Below are positions 27,227-40,330 of a DNA stretch of 64,000 nucleotides, piece after piece. Under the pieces are notes generated by a model that worked only from the letters and a program-made list of their open reading frames with translations, did no database searches and was not told the DNA's origin. The DNA is taken from assembly GCF_006345805.1 (NCBI RefSeq), contig NC_043002.1:103974001-104038000 (forward strand). Reading direction: 5' to 3'. The translations under genes and the position numbers were made by a program. Source of the DNA: Octopus sinensis. Its lineage: Eukaryota. Numbering within the stretch: position 1 is the first letter of the stretch; the number at the start of each line of letters is the position of its first letter.

Positions 27227-27347
27227 GTAAGTATATATATATATATATAATGCGGATGTTATTATTATTTATTTTATTCAAAATTAACATAAGCAAAGTT
27301 CTTTTCAATTTAAAATACTACTCGCCTTCATTTTCTACAATGCTCTT

Positions 27348-27395
<48 letters not shown>

Positions 27396-27471
27396 TATAT
27401 ATATTATATATACATAGATATATAATATACATATATATATATATATTATATATATATTATATATATATATA

Positions 27472-27702
27472 TTCAAATCGAACCATGTTATGAACGAAAA
27501 TTATACATCAAAATGGTGCTTTTTTTGCTATGAAAATCCCTATTTTTTACGATTTTTTTGACTGGTGTGTCGCACTTTTTCGGTGCATTTCAACCAAAAA
27601 ATGGTTCACTTAAAGAGAATAACAATGCAAAATTTAATTTTTCAAAAATTCCAATTCTAAAGGGTCGAAACAATTCCGAGCAACTCTGAGCTATAATGCT
27701 AG
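27472..27702 (+). mobile_element. 3' part of non-autonomous Helitron (family of 14068-14437)
   Basis: TTCAAATCG..GAAAATCCCTATTTTTTAC..AAAGGGTCGAAACAA.CCGAGCAAC..GCTAG^T. Confidence 0.8.
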
Positions 27703-27718
27703 TATATATATATATATA

Positions 27719-27757
<39 letters not shown>

Positions 27758-27759
27758 CG

Positions 27760-27818
<59 letters not shown>

Positions 27819-27825
27819 AATCTAT

Positions 27826-28659
27826 CTATGATGATTCGGTGTCTGACTGAAGATTGAAGGCTTCGAATGATTTGTCTGTGTTCCGTGTTCGTCCCTTCCT
27901 GTATTTCACGTTCATTATATATAAAAACATTCATTCTTATATTATTGCGGCGTTACGTGCACCCCCCCGTTTGTTTGTCCAATTTTAAACCCTGCACGAC
28001 TTCTATACACACTGTCTTTTACTACCCGCCATTGCTTCTTCACCAAACTTTTTGGCGCCCTCCGATTCTTCTTCCCCTCTCTTCCTCCCATCCTCCTCCC
28101 CTCTCTCCCCATCCTCCTTAATCCCTTCTTTCTCCTTCTCTCTTGGTCACTGATTCTGTCCCCTGCCTTCCACCCTCTTTGATTCCCTCTCTCTCTGTCT
28201 CTCTTCTCTCTCTCCCGCGACTGCTGCTGCTTCTTCAACCATTCTGTTGCCTTCGTATCTCGACAACATGTGTCCCCGCTACCGAAACGGTAATTATTTC
28301 TACGCCAGCTGCTATGTTGTTGTTGTTTTGTCTCATTTGGTCTAAAGTCGTATGACAACCACCGTTATATATTTTTTGTTATTCATTACTGTTTTCAATT
28401 TCGTTTTCGTCTCTTGTATTCACATCCGTCTTGTGCGTTCACATTCCTGTCTTCTACCAAGAAATCTAATGCTTACAGCTTAGTTTTTTTTTCTTGGGGC
28501 TGGCCGAGTTGGAGCAATATCAGAATTGAACAGCCGAAATTTGCTATGATGATTCGGTGTCTGACTGAAGATTGAAGGCTTCGAATGATTTGTCTGTGTT
28601 CCGTGTTCGTCCCTTCCTGTATTTCACGTTCTTATATATAAAAACATTCATTCTTATAT
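27826..28659 (+). mobile_element. Non-coding Penelope-like element with partial tandem duplication (pLTR-like)
   Basis: Near-identical ~117-bp direct repeats at 27826-27942 and 28544-28659 (718-bp spacing), flanked by microsatellites. Confidence 0.6.
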
Positions 28660-28704
28660 ATATATAATATACTTTATTTAAAGCAACAGAAATTCAACAA
28701 ATAT

Positions 28705-29149
<445 letters not shown>

Positions 29150-29150
<1 letters not shown>

Positions 29151-29473
29151 AAAATTAAAATTTTGCATTGTTTCTCTCTTTAAGTGAACATTTTTCTGGT
29201 TGAAACGCACTGAAAAATTGCGACACATCAGTAAAAAATCGTAAAAAATAGGGATTTTCATAGAAAAAAAGCACCATTTTGATGTAAATAATTTTCGGTT
29301 TTAACATGGTCCGATTTGAATTTTCTCTCCTACGAAATGAAGAGCAAGCCTTCTTCTATCATACTCTCAATTTTGGTCAACTTATGCCGCATGGTCTCGG
29401 AGGAAATAGTCTTAGTTGAAGGCTACCAAACCTGTTATACACAGAGAACTTCAGCTTCCTATATATATAAAGA
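29150..29473 (-). mobile_element. 5' part of non-autonomous Helitron (family of 14068-14437)
   Basis: Minus strand starts TCTTTATATATATAGGAAGCTGAAGTT and aligns with 14130-14437; 3' end lost in (TA)n. Confidence 0.8.
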
Positions 29474-30244
29474 CTCTTGATTACAAAAATATAGAGACAA
29501 AGTAAAGTAAAGATATAATGAAGCTGATATCATAGTATATAATGATATAATACAGTATAATATAATGATGCTGCTAAATATAGTACGGCATCAATTGTGT
29601 GAAGGGTGTGGGGCGTTGCTTTCAAGACGAATGACTGTAAAGGAAATAGAATAACAGGTAGGGAGTTGGGGTGGGGCTGTGAAGTGATTGATACAGGAGA
29701 GAGGAAGAATAAGAAGCTGACGAAGAAAGAGAACGAATATATATATAAATATAGATATTTATGTGTGTGTGTGGGTGGGTGGGTGTACGTGTGCGTGCGT
29801 GTGTGACAATACATGAAGCAAGTCAGCAGTAGAAAAGAAAATGCTGGAACCAGGAATTTTGAAGTGAATACACAGCGTTAATGGTAATATTGATAACTGT
29901 GTTAACAGCAGCCGCCATTTCAAAAGTGCTGCCACCTATGTCTGCCCATTAACAACTGTTCGCCAGTTCCTTTTAACAGCGTTTCTATTACTGAAGAATG
30001 AGCAGTGACAGCGAATACATTAGTTTTGGCTTCCATAGATTTCCGGTACATCTCGGAAGCCAGATTGGCAATGGAAGATTTCTGGTGGGTTTTAGCGAAA
30101 GATCTTCACAACGGCTGATTTCTGTGTAGATTTCAGAGTTTATGATAGTGTATACGTGTGTATGTGTGTATGTGATTATATAGTTGCGAAATTTGGTGTA
30201 CGCGTGCTTGATTTCACACACGCGCACGTTCACACACACACACC

Positions 30245-30324
<80 letters not shown>

Positions 30325-30401
30325 CGACAGACACGCGGACAAATATATAGACAGATAGATAGATAGATAAATAGATAGATAGATAGATTGATTGATAGAT
30401 G

Positions 30402-30437
<36 letters not shown>

Positions 30438-30935
30438 TAAGATAGATAGATAGACAGATTAGTGTGGGTGGGCGTGAACACGCGTGTGTAATGTATAAGA
30501 ATGTATAGTAGAGACAAACGCTTCAAATGGGAATTTGTATAGCTAACAAAGAACGCTATGTCTTCGGTGTCCATATGTAGCTATACGGGGGATGGATAAA
30601 TATTCACAGTTACTCTTTTATCTACCTCTCACTTCCTCTTTCTCTCCATTCCTCTCACTGCTTCTCTTTCTGTTTATCTTTCTTCTGTATCATTTAACGT
30701 ATATCTGCATATCAAGACGGACATATGTGCACATATTCCATAGCTAAAAACAAGTAGACACTTAGGCATATATACCTGAACATATGCAGTCATACACACG
30801 AATGCACTCAGAAGCACGTAGGAACAGAGACATATGTGTATACACAGTAGAGAGAAATAGATAGATACATAGATATATAGATAGATAGATAGATAGAGCG
30901 AGAGAGAGGGGGAGAGAGATGAATGGCATAGTATA

Positions 30936-31352
30936 CTCTCTCTTTACTCTTTAACTTGTTTCATTCATTTGACTGCGGCCATGCTGGAGCACCGCCTTTA
31001 TTCGACCGAATCGACCCCAGAACATATTCTTTGTAAGCCTGGTACTTATTCTATCGGTCTCTTTTGCCGAACTGCTAAGTTACAGGGACATAAACACACC
31101 AGCACTGGTTGTCAAGCGATTTTAGCGGGGGGGGGACAAACACAGAAACACAAACACACACACATACATATATATTTATACATATATACGACTGGCTTCT
31201 TCCATTTTCCGTCTACTAAATCCACTCACAAGGCTTTCGTCGGCCCGAGGCTATAGTAGAAGACACATGCCCAAAGTGCCACGCAGTGGGACTGAACCCG
31301 GAACCATGTGGTTGGTAAGCATGCTTCTTACCACACAGCCACTCCCGTGCCT
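30936..31352 (-). mobile_element. Full-length tRNA-derived SINE, family B
   Basis: Minus strand AGGCACGGGAGTGGCTGTGTGGTAAG..GGGTTCAGTCCCAC..GGCGGTGCTCCAGCATGGCCGCAGTCAAATGAATGAAACAAG. Confidence 0.88.
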
Positions 31353-31827
31353 ATGGTATGTGTCAGTACTTTTATTGAAAGCATGGCTGCGTTGTAATTA
31401 TTATTTTTATGTAAGAGATTTCATAGCTTTGAACGAATGGCTTGCAGTTTGGTTAGAATACTGAAGTTCCTAAGTCCATTCACATCGATTTTAGGGTTTT
31501 CCGTCCTTCAAGGATTTCTTCACACGTGAAACTAGTCTTGCTACTTTGGAATGTAAGAAGCGACACTGGAAGCGTAAACAAATGGCGATGAAACGATGAA
31601 GGAAGATAAATGCACAAGTGCGAAACAATGGCGAGACTAACACGAGCGCGCGTATGTGTGTATGTGTGTGTGTCCTTTCGTATTGCTGCATATGTGCGCA
31701 TGTAAAAGCGTGTTAAAATTATTTCAGAATGACTGTATATTATAATTTCATTTGAATTAGTGAAAACAGACATTTAATAAAATATAAACACATTCTACAT
31801 GTTTAGTTTATATTTAAATAATTCAAG

Positions 31828-32014
31828 GCTTCTCGGCCTTTTGGCTAAGATCAAAGTGTAGTATCTGTTCTTATCAGCTTAATATCTGATACGGTCCCTA
31901 TTTGGGACCATCGATATTAAACTGATTTTTGGAACGAGGCGAAGAGTTAGGGGCTTGCTCCGCCTTTGCCACGGGTTGGCCTGGTATTGCAGTACTTCCA
32001 GGATTCAGCCCATC
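31828..32014 (+). pseudogene. U2: U2 snRNA copy, probably a retropseudogene
   Basis: GCTTCTCGGCCTTTTGGCTAAGATCAAAGTGTAGTATCTGTTCTTATCAG, branch-recognition GTAGTA, Sm site ATTTTTGG, loop IV ATTGCAGT. The first 3 nt (ATC) are missing and a retroposon tail follows. Confidence 0.92.
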
Positions 32015-32024
32015 TCCCACCAAT

Positions 32025-32070
32025 GGCGGTGCCCCAGCATGGCCACAGCTCAAGAGCTGAAACTGGAAAA
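32025..32070 (+). mobile_element. SINE/LINE 3' tail fused to U2
   Basis: GGCGGTGCCCCAGCATGGCCACAGCTCAAGAGCTGAAAC resembles family B tails (rc 30960-30997; 37725-37762). Confidence 0.75.
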
Positions 32071-33175
32071 CATAATATATATCACCAAAATTCTATGGTG
32101 AAAAGCTTACATATTTTGCTTACATTTTATGTTATGCTCATATTTGTATTATTGTCTAAAGAAACAGATTCATGTGATTCATATGCGTAGCTTATTGGTG
32201 GGTTTTGTCTATTTATAAGAGACGTGTCTCTCAACCCTGATATTTCTACTATTCCATTTGTAGTCTTCGGGTTCTTTCTACAGTGTTCTTAAAAAACAAA
32301 TGTGTTTGGGGAGGGTTCTGTAGTGTCGCCATACATCTTGTGACTGAACTGTGGATGCTGGATACACCGTGCTTAATGCAAACAGTTGTGTAAACTATTC
32401 AAACGTAACCACAATAAAACAGATGACATAAACTCAACAACGCTCGGCATCTCCATTTGTTTCTGATAAGCAGCATTTATTCGTCGTTCTTCCGAAATGC
32501 TTCAATGCCTTATACGCACGAGAAAGTTGTACGATTCCAGGGATGTTGTGTGCATCATAAAACAGAGACCTATTGATAACGGAATCACTTCTGCAATACG
32601 TTAGGCACGCCGTTATGTCCTCCCCTACTCACCAAGTTATGCAAATATTTCGTTGGAGACAACCTCAACGAAATTCATGTTATGGAGTCGACCAACAAAC
32701 AACGATCACAGTAGCCAACTACAGGGACAGATAAATTGCTGCTTTTTGTTCCAAATATTCACTTTTTACATTTGTGTGTGTTTCTATAATATATACACCC
32801 CAACACCGCCACACCAGCACACCACACAACACACAAACTCACACCACTACACCATATCACACCACTCCGCACACACTAGCTAGTACTGACCAATTCACAG
32901 CACCCACATCATCACCCACACACTCAGACATTACATACGCACACACACATGCACACATCCACACGTCAAGGTAACCAGCCCTGTCCACATGCACACACAC
33001 ACACACACACGCTTCACACACACATGCACGAGCATCTTCGTTTTAGGATCACCAGTACTTCATTATCTCCCATTCTTCTTAGCTCCCCTGTCTAACTACC
33101 TTTGTCAAACCAGTTACCATGATTGACCGCAATCTCCGCAAGTTTTTTTTTTATTCTCTTTATTTCCTCGTTTTC

Positions 33176-33212
33176 CTTTCTGTTGTAGAGCGTAGGCTCG
33201 AAACGTAAAAGA
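33176..33212 (+). ncRNA. Variant minimal hammerhead-like motif (Penelope-type)
   Basis: CUUU-CUGUUGUA-GAGC guag GCUC-GAAAC-GUA-AAAGA; homologous to 53255-53292; core degenerate. Confidence 0.45.
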
Positions 33213-33442
33213 TATTCTGGTTTTCCCGTGCATCAAACTATTACACCTGCTTGTTGTTTATATTTATCAAGCGAAGGAAGACAACTCGCCCGGCCATAAG
33301 TTTTTTAAGAGGGATACTACCACGGCGTTCTTGTGCTTAAAAACGGTTATCATTTAGAGAAACCGAAGAGACGTCTAGTTCACGCTACATATGAAACCAA
33401 TATCTTTTTCCTAAACTATTACGTTACCCATACATATATGTA

Positions 33443-33500
<58 letters not shown>

Positions 33501-34529
33501 ATGTGTGTGGGTGTATGATCATATGAATGTATATATATATATATTATATGTAGATACATACATATATTTATATATATGTATGTCGTATACCTATCATATA
33601 TATATATATATATTATATATATATTATATATATATATATATATATTTATATGTTAATAAACGAAGATAATAAAATTAAAATTAGGGAATGGGTCTGTATT
33701 TGTATATGTAATATATATGTGTGTGTGTGTAGGTATGCATGGGTACACATATGTATATATATGTGTTATATATTCTAATGTGTATGTATATATATATGTA
33801 TATGTATGTGTATGTATGTATATATAGTGTATGTATGTGTATGTGTGGGTGTATATATATGTATATGTGTGTATGTGTATTATGTTGTGTATATGGACTA
33901 TATAGGGACTAGTGTGCTGTGTGTGCATGTGTGTGTTGGATTTGTGTGTGTATGCGTGTATGTGAGTATGTGTGTGTATGTGTATATATATATTTTTCTG
34001 TGTGTATATGTATGTGTGGTCGTGTGTGTATATATACATGTGTGTATACGTGTATGCAAGTGAGTGTGTGTATGTATACATATATATGTGTATGTGTAGA
34101 TATGTATATGTATGTGTGAGTGTATATATGTGTGTATGTGTAGAGGTATAAGTGAGAATCTCCTTATTTACCTAAAACTCTATTCCCCCTCTATTCATTC
34201 CATATATATATATTATATATATATATATATATATATTTATTTTTTTATTTTTTATTTTTATTTTTTTTTATATTTTTTTTTTTTTTTTTTTTTTATTTTT
34301 TATTTTTTATTTTTTTTTTTTTATTTTTTATTTTTTATTTTTTATTTTTTTTTTTATTTTTTATTTTTTATTTTTTATTTATTCTCCTATCTAATTTAAC
34401 ACTGACTCCTTGACCACTCCCCAAGTATGATTTTTTGCGCTATGCCTACCCCCCAAAAAGTCCCCCACCAAACACCCCTTTAAAACCTGCCTAAATGTAT
34501 AAATAAATGCCAATACAATCTTGTTAACT

Positions 34530-34580
34530 AGCTTCCTGAAGATTTCTCTTGAATGAAACAGTTCTAGTCCTGTAGAAGCT
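34530..34580 (+). ncRNA. Type I hammerhead ribozyme (unrelated second family)
   Basis: AGCUUC-CUGAAGA-uUUC ucuu GAAu-GAAA-CAG uucuaguc CUG-UA^-GAAGCU: 6-bp stem I, stem III, GUA triplet; stem II closes with a U-U mismatch. Confidence 0.75.
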
Positions 34581-34672
34581 CCTTCTATATAATAATTAAT
34601 TTTACCTTTACTCTGCTATGTATTGAGTACCTTTATTTACTGTGGTTAACCCCGAATCAACCCAGGACCTAC

Positions 34673-34711
<39 letters not shown>

Positions 34712-35363
34712 GGTTGGATGATAATCGAGAACTAGGCAAATTTTTCCCGTATGCAAACCTGAATTCTAGTATATTTTTGTTGTTATTTATCAACTCGTTA
34801 GCTCTAACTTCAAAACTCATGATTTAACGTATGCCGCATTTTTTTCTATAATTAGGGTTCAATGATCCAGTCTTCCCTTCACTTTTAAAATACATTAAGG
34901 ACTGTTTGAGTGAAGATTCAGCTACTATCTATTATAAATTGAACAACCAGTGGGTTATGTATAGTTTGTATATTTTGTGGTGAAAAGATATTTTTTTATA
35001 CACAGAGTATTATATTTTGAGTTTTGTAGCATATTCATTGCTGCTTGTCTGATTTGCATTTTCAGCCAAAAATGGTATATCTAAATATTTCTTCAACATT
35101 CTAGAAATAGATGCCAAATCTAGCTCAAATATGACCCCAACGTTTTAAAGAAAACTAAGGAACGATAAAGAGGATACAGGACACCTGACTTATAGAGTAT
35201 ACACTACACCTGAAAATTCTCTATTCTCACGCCTGGGAACATTCGATGAATCGATTTGTTAAATCTGGAGCTGACCCAGGCAGAAATTCTAGCAGCGGAC
35301 ATTTGTTATGGAAGTATTCACCATAGAATTTTGGAGTAGTGAAAGTATTGATGATGATGATGA

Positions 35364-35401
<38 letters not shown>

Positions 35402-35407
35402 ATAATA

Positions 35408-35447
<40 letters not shown>

Positions 35448-35554
35448 ACACACACATACGTATATAGCTATATATATATATTATATATATACACTTGTAT
35501 ATATACATATATATGTATAAATATATATATATATATATATACATACACACACAC

Positions 35555-35590
<36 letters not shown>

Positions 35591-35594
35591 TTGT

Positions 35595-35977
35595 GGAAAC
35601 GCAATGGCCTTGTGGTTAGGGTAGTGGACACGCGGTCGTATGATCGCGGCTGCGAATCCCAGACCGGGCGTTGTGAGTGTCTACTGAGCGAAAGCACCTA
35701 AAGCTCCACGAGCCTACGGCAAGGGGTGGGGAGTGGCGAACCCTGCTGTACTCTTTCACCACAACCCTGTCTCACTCTTTCTTCCTGTTTCTCTTCTATA
35801 TGTATTTCAAAGGGCCAGCCTTCTAACTCTCTGTGTCACACTGAATCTCCCCAAGAACAAAGTTAAGGATACACGTGTCTGCGGAGTGCTTAGCCACTTG
35901 CACGTTAATTTCACAAGCAGTCTGTTCCGCTGGTTGGATCAACTGGAACCCTTGTCGCAGCAACCGGCGGAGTGCCA
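35595..35977 (+). mobile_element. tRNA-derived SINE, family C head with GGAGTGCCA-type tail
   Basis: Head shared with 9551; tail shared with 13799, 23750, 36295 and 59005. Confidence 0.82.
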
Positions 35978-36735
35978 CGATACACACACACACACACACA
36001 CACATATGAAATTAGATAATTAACAATGGAATAAGAAATTACGTCATAAACTTTGTTTCTTTCTCATTTATTTCATGTCTTCGTACTCTCCCGTACTCGA
36101 CTTAAGCTTTGTTCTGAACCATATGGAATTCAGTTCCAGCAACTGCATTAAGCTAAATAATATGCGTGCATAGATCTGTGCGTGTGCTTGCTATTATAAC
36201 TATTATAACACCCCTTATTACAACTATTTAGTAGGATTATGTTGAATAAGTAGCGATTTCATGTCGATTTCCAGCTAATTTCTCTTTCTGTTCTACATGT
36301 AGTTCAAAGGGTCAGCCTTGTCCAACTCTGTGTGACGCTGAATCTCCCCGACAACTAAGTGTAGTTCTCCCTATATCTCCCTTATTGTCTTTATGTCTTA
36401 CTAGCTGTTGTCTTCTTCAAACCCTACTGAATTGCTTTTCGTTTGTTTTTACAGGAGTGAGGCAGAGATGACTGGAATATGAATTAGAAGGGGTTTGGTG
36501 AACTTGATGAATTTGAAGAAAGAACAGCGATGCAGATGACCTTTATGCAAGGCGATTGTAGCTTCTTAAGAAGAACTGGTCACGATATATACGAACTAAT
36601 ACCGGCACCGTGTTCTGATCCCTTGCAATAGAACTACAGTAGAATCGCGGTTTTAGAACAATGCTGATCACGAATATATCGTGCTTTATATATATTTACA
36701 TCTATCTATTTATCTCTCTTTCTCTAGCTTTCTCC

Positions 36736-36807
<72 letters not shown>

Positions 36808-37291
36808 ATAACGACCTCAAACCCACAAGAGTAAACAAGAGAGACAGAGACAGGCAGAAACAAGGAAAATGCCACTTGTATTTGAACACTATGCAAATAT
36901 TCATTAAAAAAAATTTTCTTTTCATCTTTCCAAAATATAATTGTTTTCCATACTTACAGTTGAAAAAGTCTGAATGACTGAAACCGGTACTGAAATGTTT
37001 TTTATAAAATTATTTTAGCATTTTCTATCTTGATTTTTTTCCATATATATATATAATATATATATATAAATCACGATTTATTCGAGATCAGAGTTGTTCG
37101 AAAAGCGAGGTACTACTGTAACTCTAATGCAACCAATCAACATCCAAGTGGCGGTGTCAAAGAGATCAGCCACCCATGGACAATGCGTTTAATCCGATAT
37201 ACTTCACCAACTTTTGTCTTAACCATACACAGTAGGCTCACAATTACAACCCCACCATTTACAAACCAATTTATTAAATTCATATGAGCAT

Positions 37292-37770
37292 AGGCGCAGG
37301 AGTGACTGTATGGTAAGTAGCTTGCTTACCATACATGTACTGCTTTCATGGCAAATTTAATGAATAAAAGTAGCTTGCTTACCAACCACATGGCTCTGGG
37401 TTCAGTCCCACTCTGTGGCATCTTGGGGAAGTGTCTTCTACTATAGCCTCGGGCTGACTAAAAGACTTCCGGGTGAATTTGGTATACGGAAACTGAAAAA
37501 AGCCCCCGTATATATATTATATATATCATATATTATATATATATATATATAATTATATATATATATATATATGTTTGTGTGCGTGTGTGTGTGACCACCA
37601 TCATTTGAAAATCGATGTTGGTGTGTATAAGACTCCATAATCTAGCGGTAAGCAAAAAAGACCAATGGACTAAGTACTAGGCTTACAAATGTTCAGTCCT
37701 AGATTCGATTTGTTCGAATAACGATGCTGCCCCAGCATGGCCGCAGTCAGATGACTGAAACAATTAAAAT
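37292..37770 (+). mobile_element. Full-length SINE family B with a nested 36-bp insertion
   Basis: AGGCGCAGGAGTGACTGT head to CCCAGCATGGCCGCAGTCAGATGACTGAAAC tail. Confidence 0.85.
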
Positions 37771-38054
37771 AACCCCTCTCAAAGTCACAAGACTCCTAAA
37801 TATAGGAAAGACCTCCTACCAATAATTATATTTCACCATAAGTCAAGATGAATTCTTCCCAATGGCACCTCGCAGACATCCAGTCATTATTACTATGTTA
37901 TCATATCTGCTACGGTTCTTGTAATGCTTATTCAGTTACCGTCTTAACTCATTTTGCATCGCTTTTCTTTAAGATGTTGTTGTGTTCGTTGCTAACACTG
38001 ATCCTACCAAAGGAGATGATGACGCTGGTTGCGAAGCTAGATGTAGGACTAGCG

Positions 38055-38373
38055 TTGTTGCTGTTGTTGTTGCTGTTGTTGTTGTTGTTGTTGTTGTTGT
38101 TGTCGTAGTGGTGGTGGTGGTGGTGATGGCGGCGATGAAATATTCGTCATTCTGATTAAAGTTGATGAAGGAGAGTGTAATTGAAGACAATGGGTGTCAA
38201 TTGTCATTTAAAGTGGTAAATAGGGCCAAATATACTGTCTGTTGACATTATCAGCACCTAATGTAATGGAGAGGGGGGTCGGTGGGGCGATGGGATGGAA
38301 GGAGAGATAATGCTGTGGATTATGACAATAGTGATGGAGCTACTGCTGCTACTGATGTTGGATGTGGTGGTGG

Positions 38374-38419
<46 letters not shown>

Positions 38420-38877
38420 GGTGGTGGTGGTGGTGGTTATGATAAAGACGACGACGACGACGATGAGGATGATGATGACGATGATGACGACGATGATGAT
38501 GATAACGATGATGTTGATGATGATGAGGACGATGATATTGATGATGATTATGGTGATGATGGTGACGATGATTATGGTGATGATGATTATGGTGATGATG
38601 ATAATGATGATGATCATGATGATGATGTTGATGATGATGATGGTGATGATGGTGATGATGATTATGGTGATGATGATTATGGTGATGATGATTATGGTGA
38701 TGATGATAATGATGATGATCATGATGATGATGTTGATGATGATGATGGTGATGATGGTGATGATGATTATGGTGATGATGATTATGGTGATGATGATTAT
38801 GGTGATGATGATAATGATGATGATCATGATGATCATGATGATGATGTTGATGATGATGATGGTGATGATGATGATGG

Positions 38878-38913
<36 letters not shown>

Positions 38914-39726
38914 GAAAGCCATAATAATGGTTTGTGATAACACGCTGGCAGCAATGATGTCGGTGAAGACGATGACGATGTCGACGGCGATAATGATAAT
39001 AATGATCCCCTTGATAACGATGGCGATGATGGTGATGATGATGATGATGATCGTTGTGATGATGAATAAAGATATAACGAATTGTAAAAAGGAGTTTATT
39101 GAAGTAGGGGACATTAAGTAATAGCATGTTGAGGATTTACAAAGAGATTATCCTCGGAAGACTTGTTTGTGGAGGAGGGATAATGTATACGAATGACTAT
39201 TCATTTGTCATTCTTCTTCTCCTTCTTCTTCTCCTTCTTCTTCTTCTCCTCCTTCTTCTTCTTCTCCTTCTTCTTCTTCTTCTTCTTCTTCTCCTTCTTC
39301 TCCTTCTTCTTCTTCTTCTTCTTCTCCTTCTTCTCCTTCTCCTTCTTCTTCTTCTTCTTCTTCTCCTTCTTCTCCTTCTTCTTCTTCTTCTTCTTCTCCT
39401 TCTTCTCCTTTTTCTTCTTCTTCCTCTTCTTCTCCTTCTTCTTTTCCTTCTTCTTTTTCTTCTTCTTCTTCTTCTTCTTCTTCTTTTTCTTCTTCTTTTT
39501 CTTCTTCTTCTTCTCCTTCTTCTCCTTCTCATTCTCTTTTTCTCCTCCTACTTATCCTTCTCCTTCTTCTCCTTTTTCTCTTCCTTCTACTCCTCCTCCT
39601 CCTCCTCCTCCTCCTCCTTCTTCTTCTTATTGTTATTATTATTATTATTATTATTATTCTCCTTCTACATTTTCTCCTTCGCTTTCTTCTCCTTCTCCTC
39701 CTTCACCTTCTTCTCCTTCTTCTTCA

Positions 39727-39783
<57 letters not shown>

Positions 39784-40330
39784 TGTTATTATTATTATCA
39801 TTATTATTATTATTATTATTATTATTACTACTACTACTACTACTACTACTAATACTACTACTACTATTACTACTACTACTACTACTACTGCTACCACTTC
39901 TATCATCATTATTATTATTTTTAGTATTATTTGTGGTGTTGTTGTTGGTACTGTTTTTGGTGTTGTTGCTGTTGTTGGTGGTGGTGTTTTTGCTGAGGTT
40001 AATATTGATGCTGTTTTGTTGACGATGAATGTGCGGAAGATGACGACGACGACGACGATGACGATGATGATAGTGATGGTGATGATGATGGTGATGATGA
40101 TGATGATGGTGATGATGATGTGATTGATTGTGATGTAAGAACAGCGACATCAATGTTTGAAACCATCATACAGGACATGAAAAATTGTAAAACAACACGA
40201 CTAACATTGACAGCAACAACAACAACAACGACGACGACAACAACAATATCAATTATACCCGCCATCGTTATAACAACAACTTTGAATGTAGCACCCTTAA
40301 AAAGCAGGTCATTGACAGCAACAACAACAA
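38055..40330. repeat. ~2.3-kb compound trinucleotide repeat field (GTT, GAT/GGT, CTT/CCT, ATT, ACT)
   Basis: Direct reading; explains the poly-D/M/H/I/L/F/R ORFs here. Confidence 0.95.

Noticed and set aside
31828-32014. Functional U2 gene or a Utopia (U2-targeting) insertion
   Set aside because: The 5' ATC is missing and a retroposon tail follows; U2 itself is not interrupted internally.
38282-39121. 279-aa Asp-rich ORF as a biomineralisation gene
   Set aside because: No signal peptide; it lies in a trinucleotide field with overlapping open frames on both strands.
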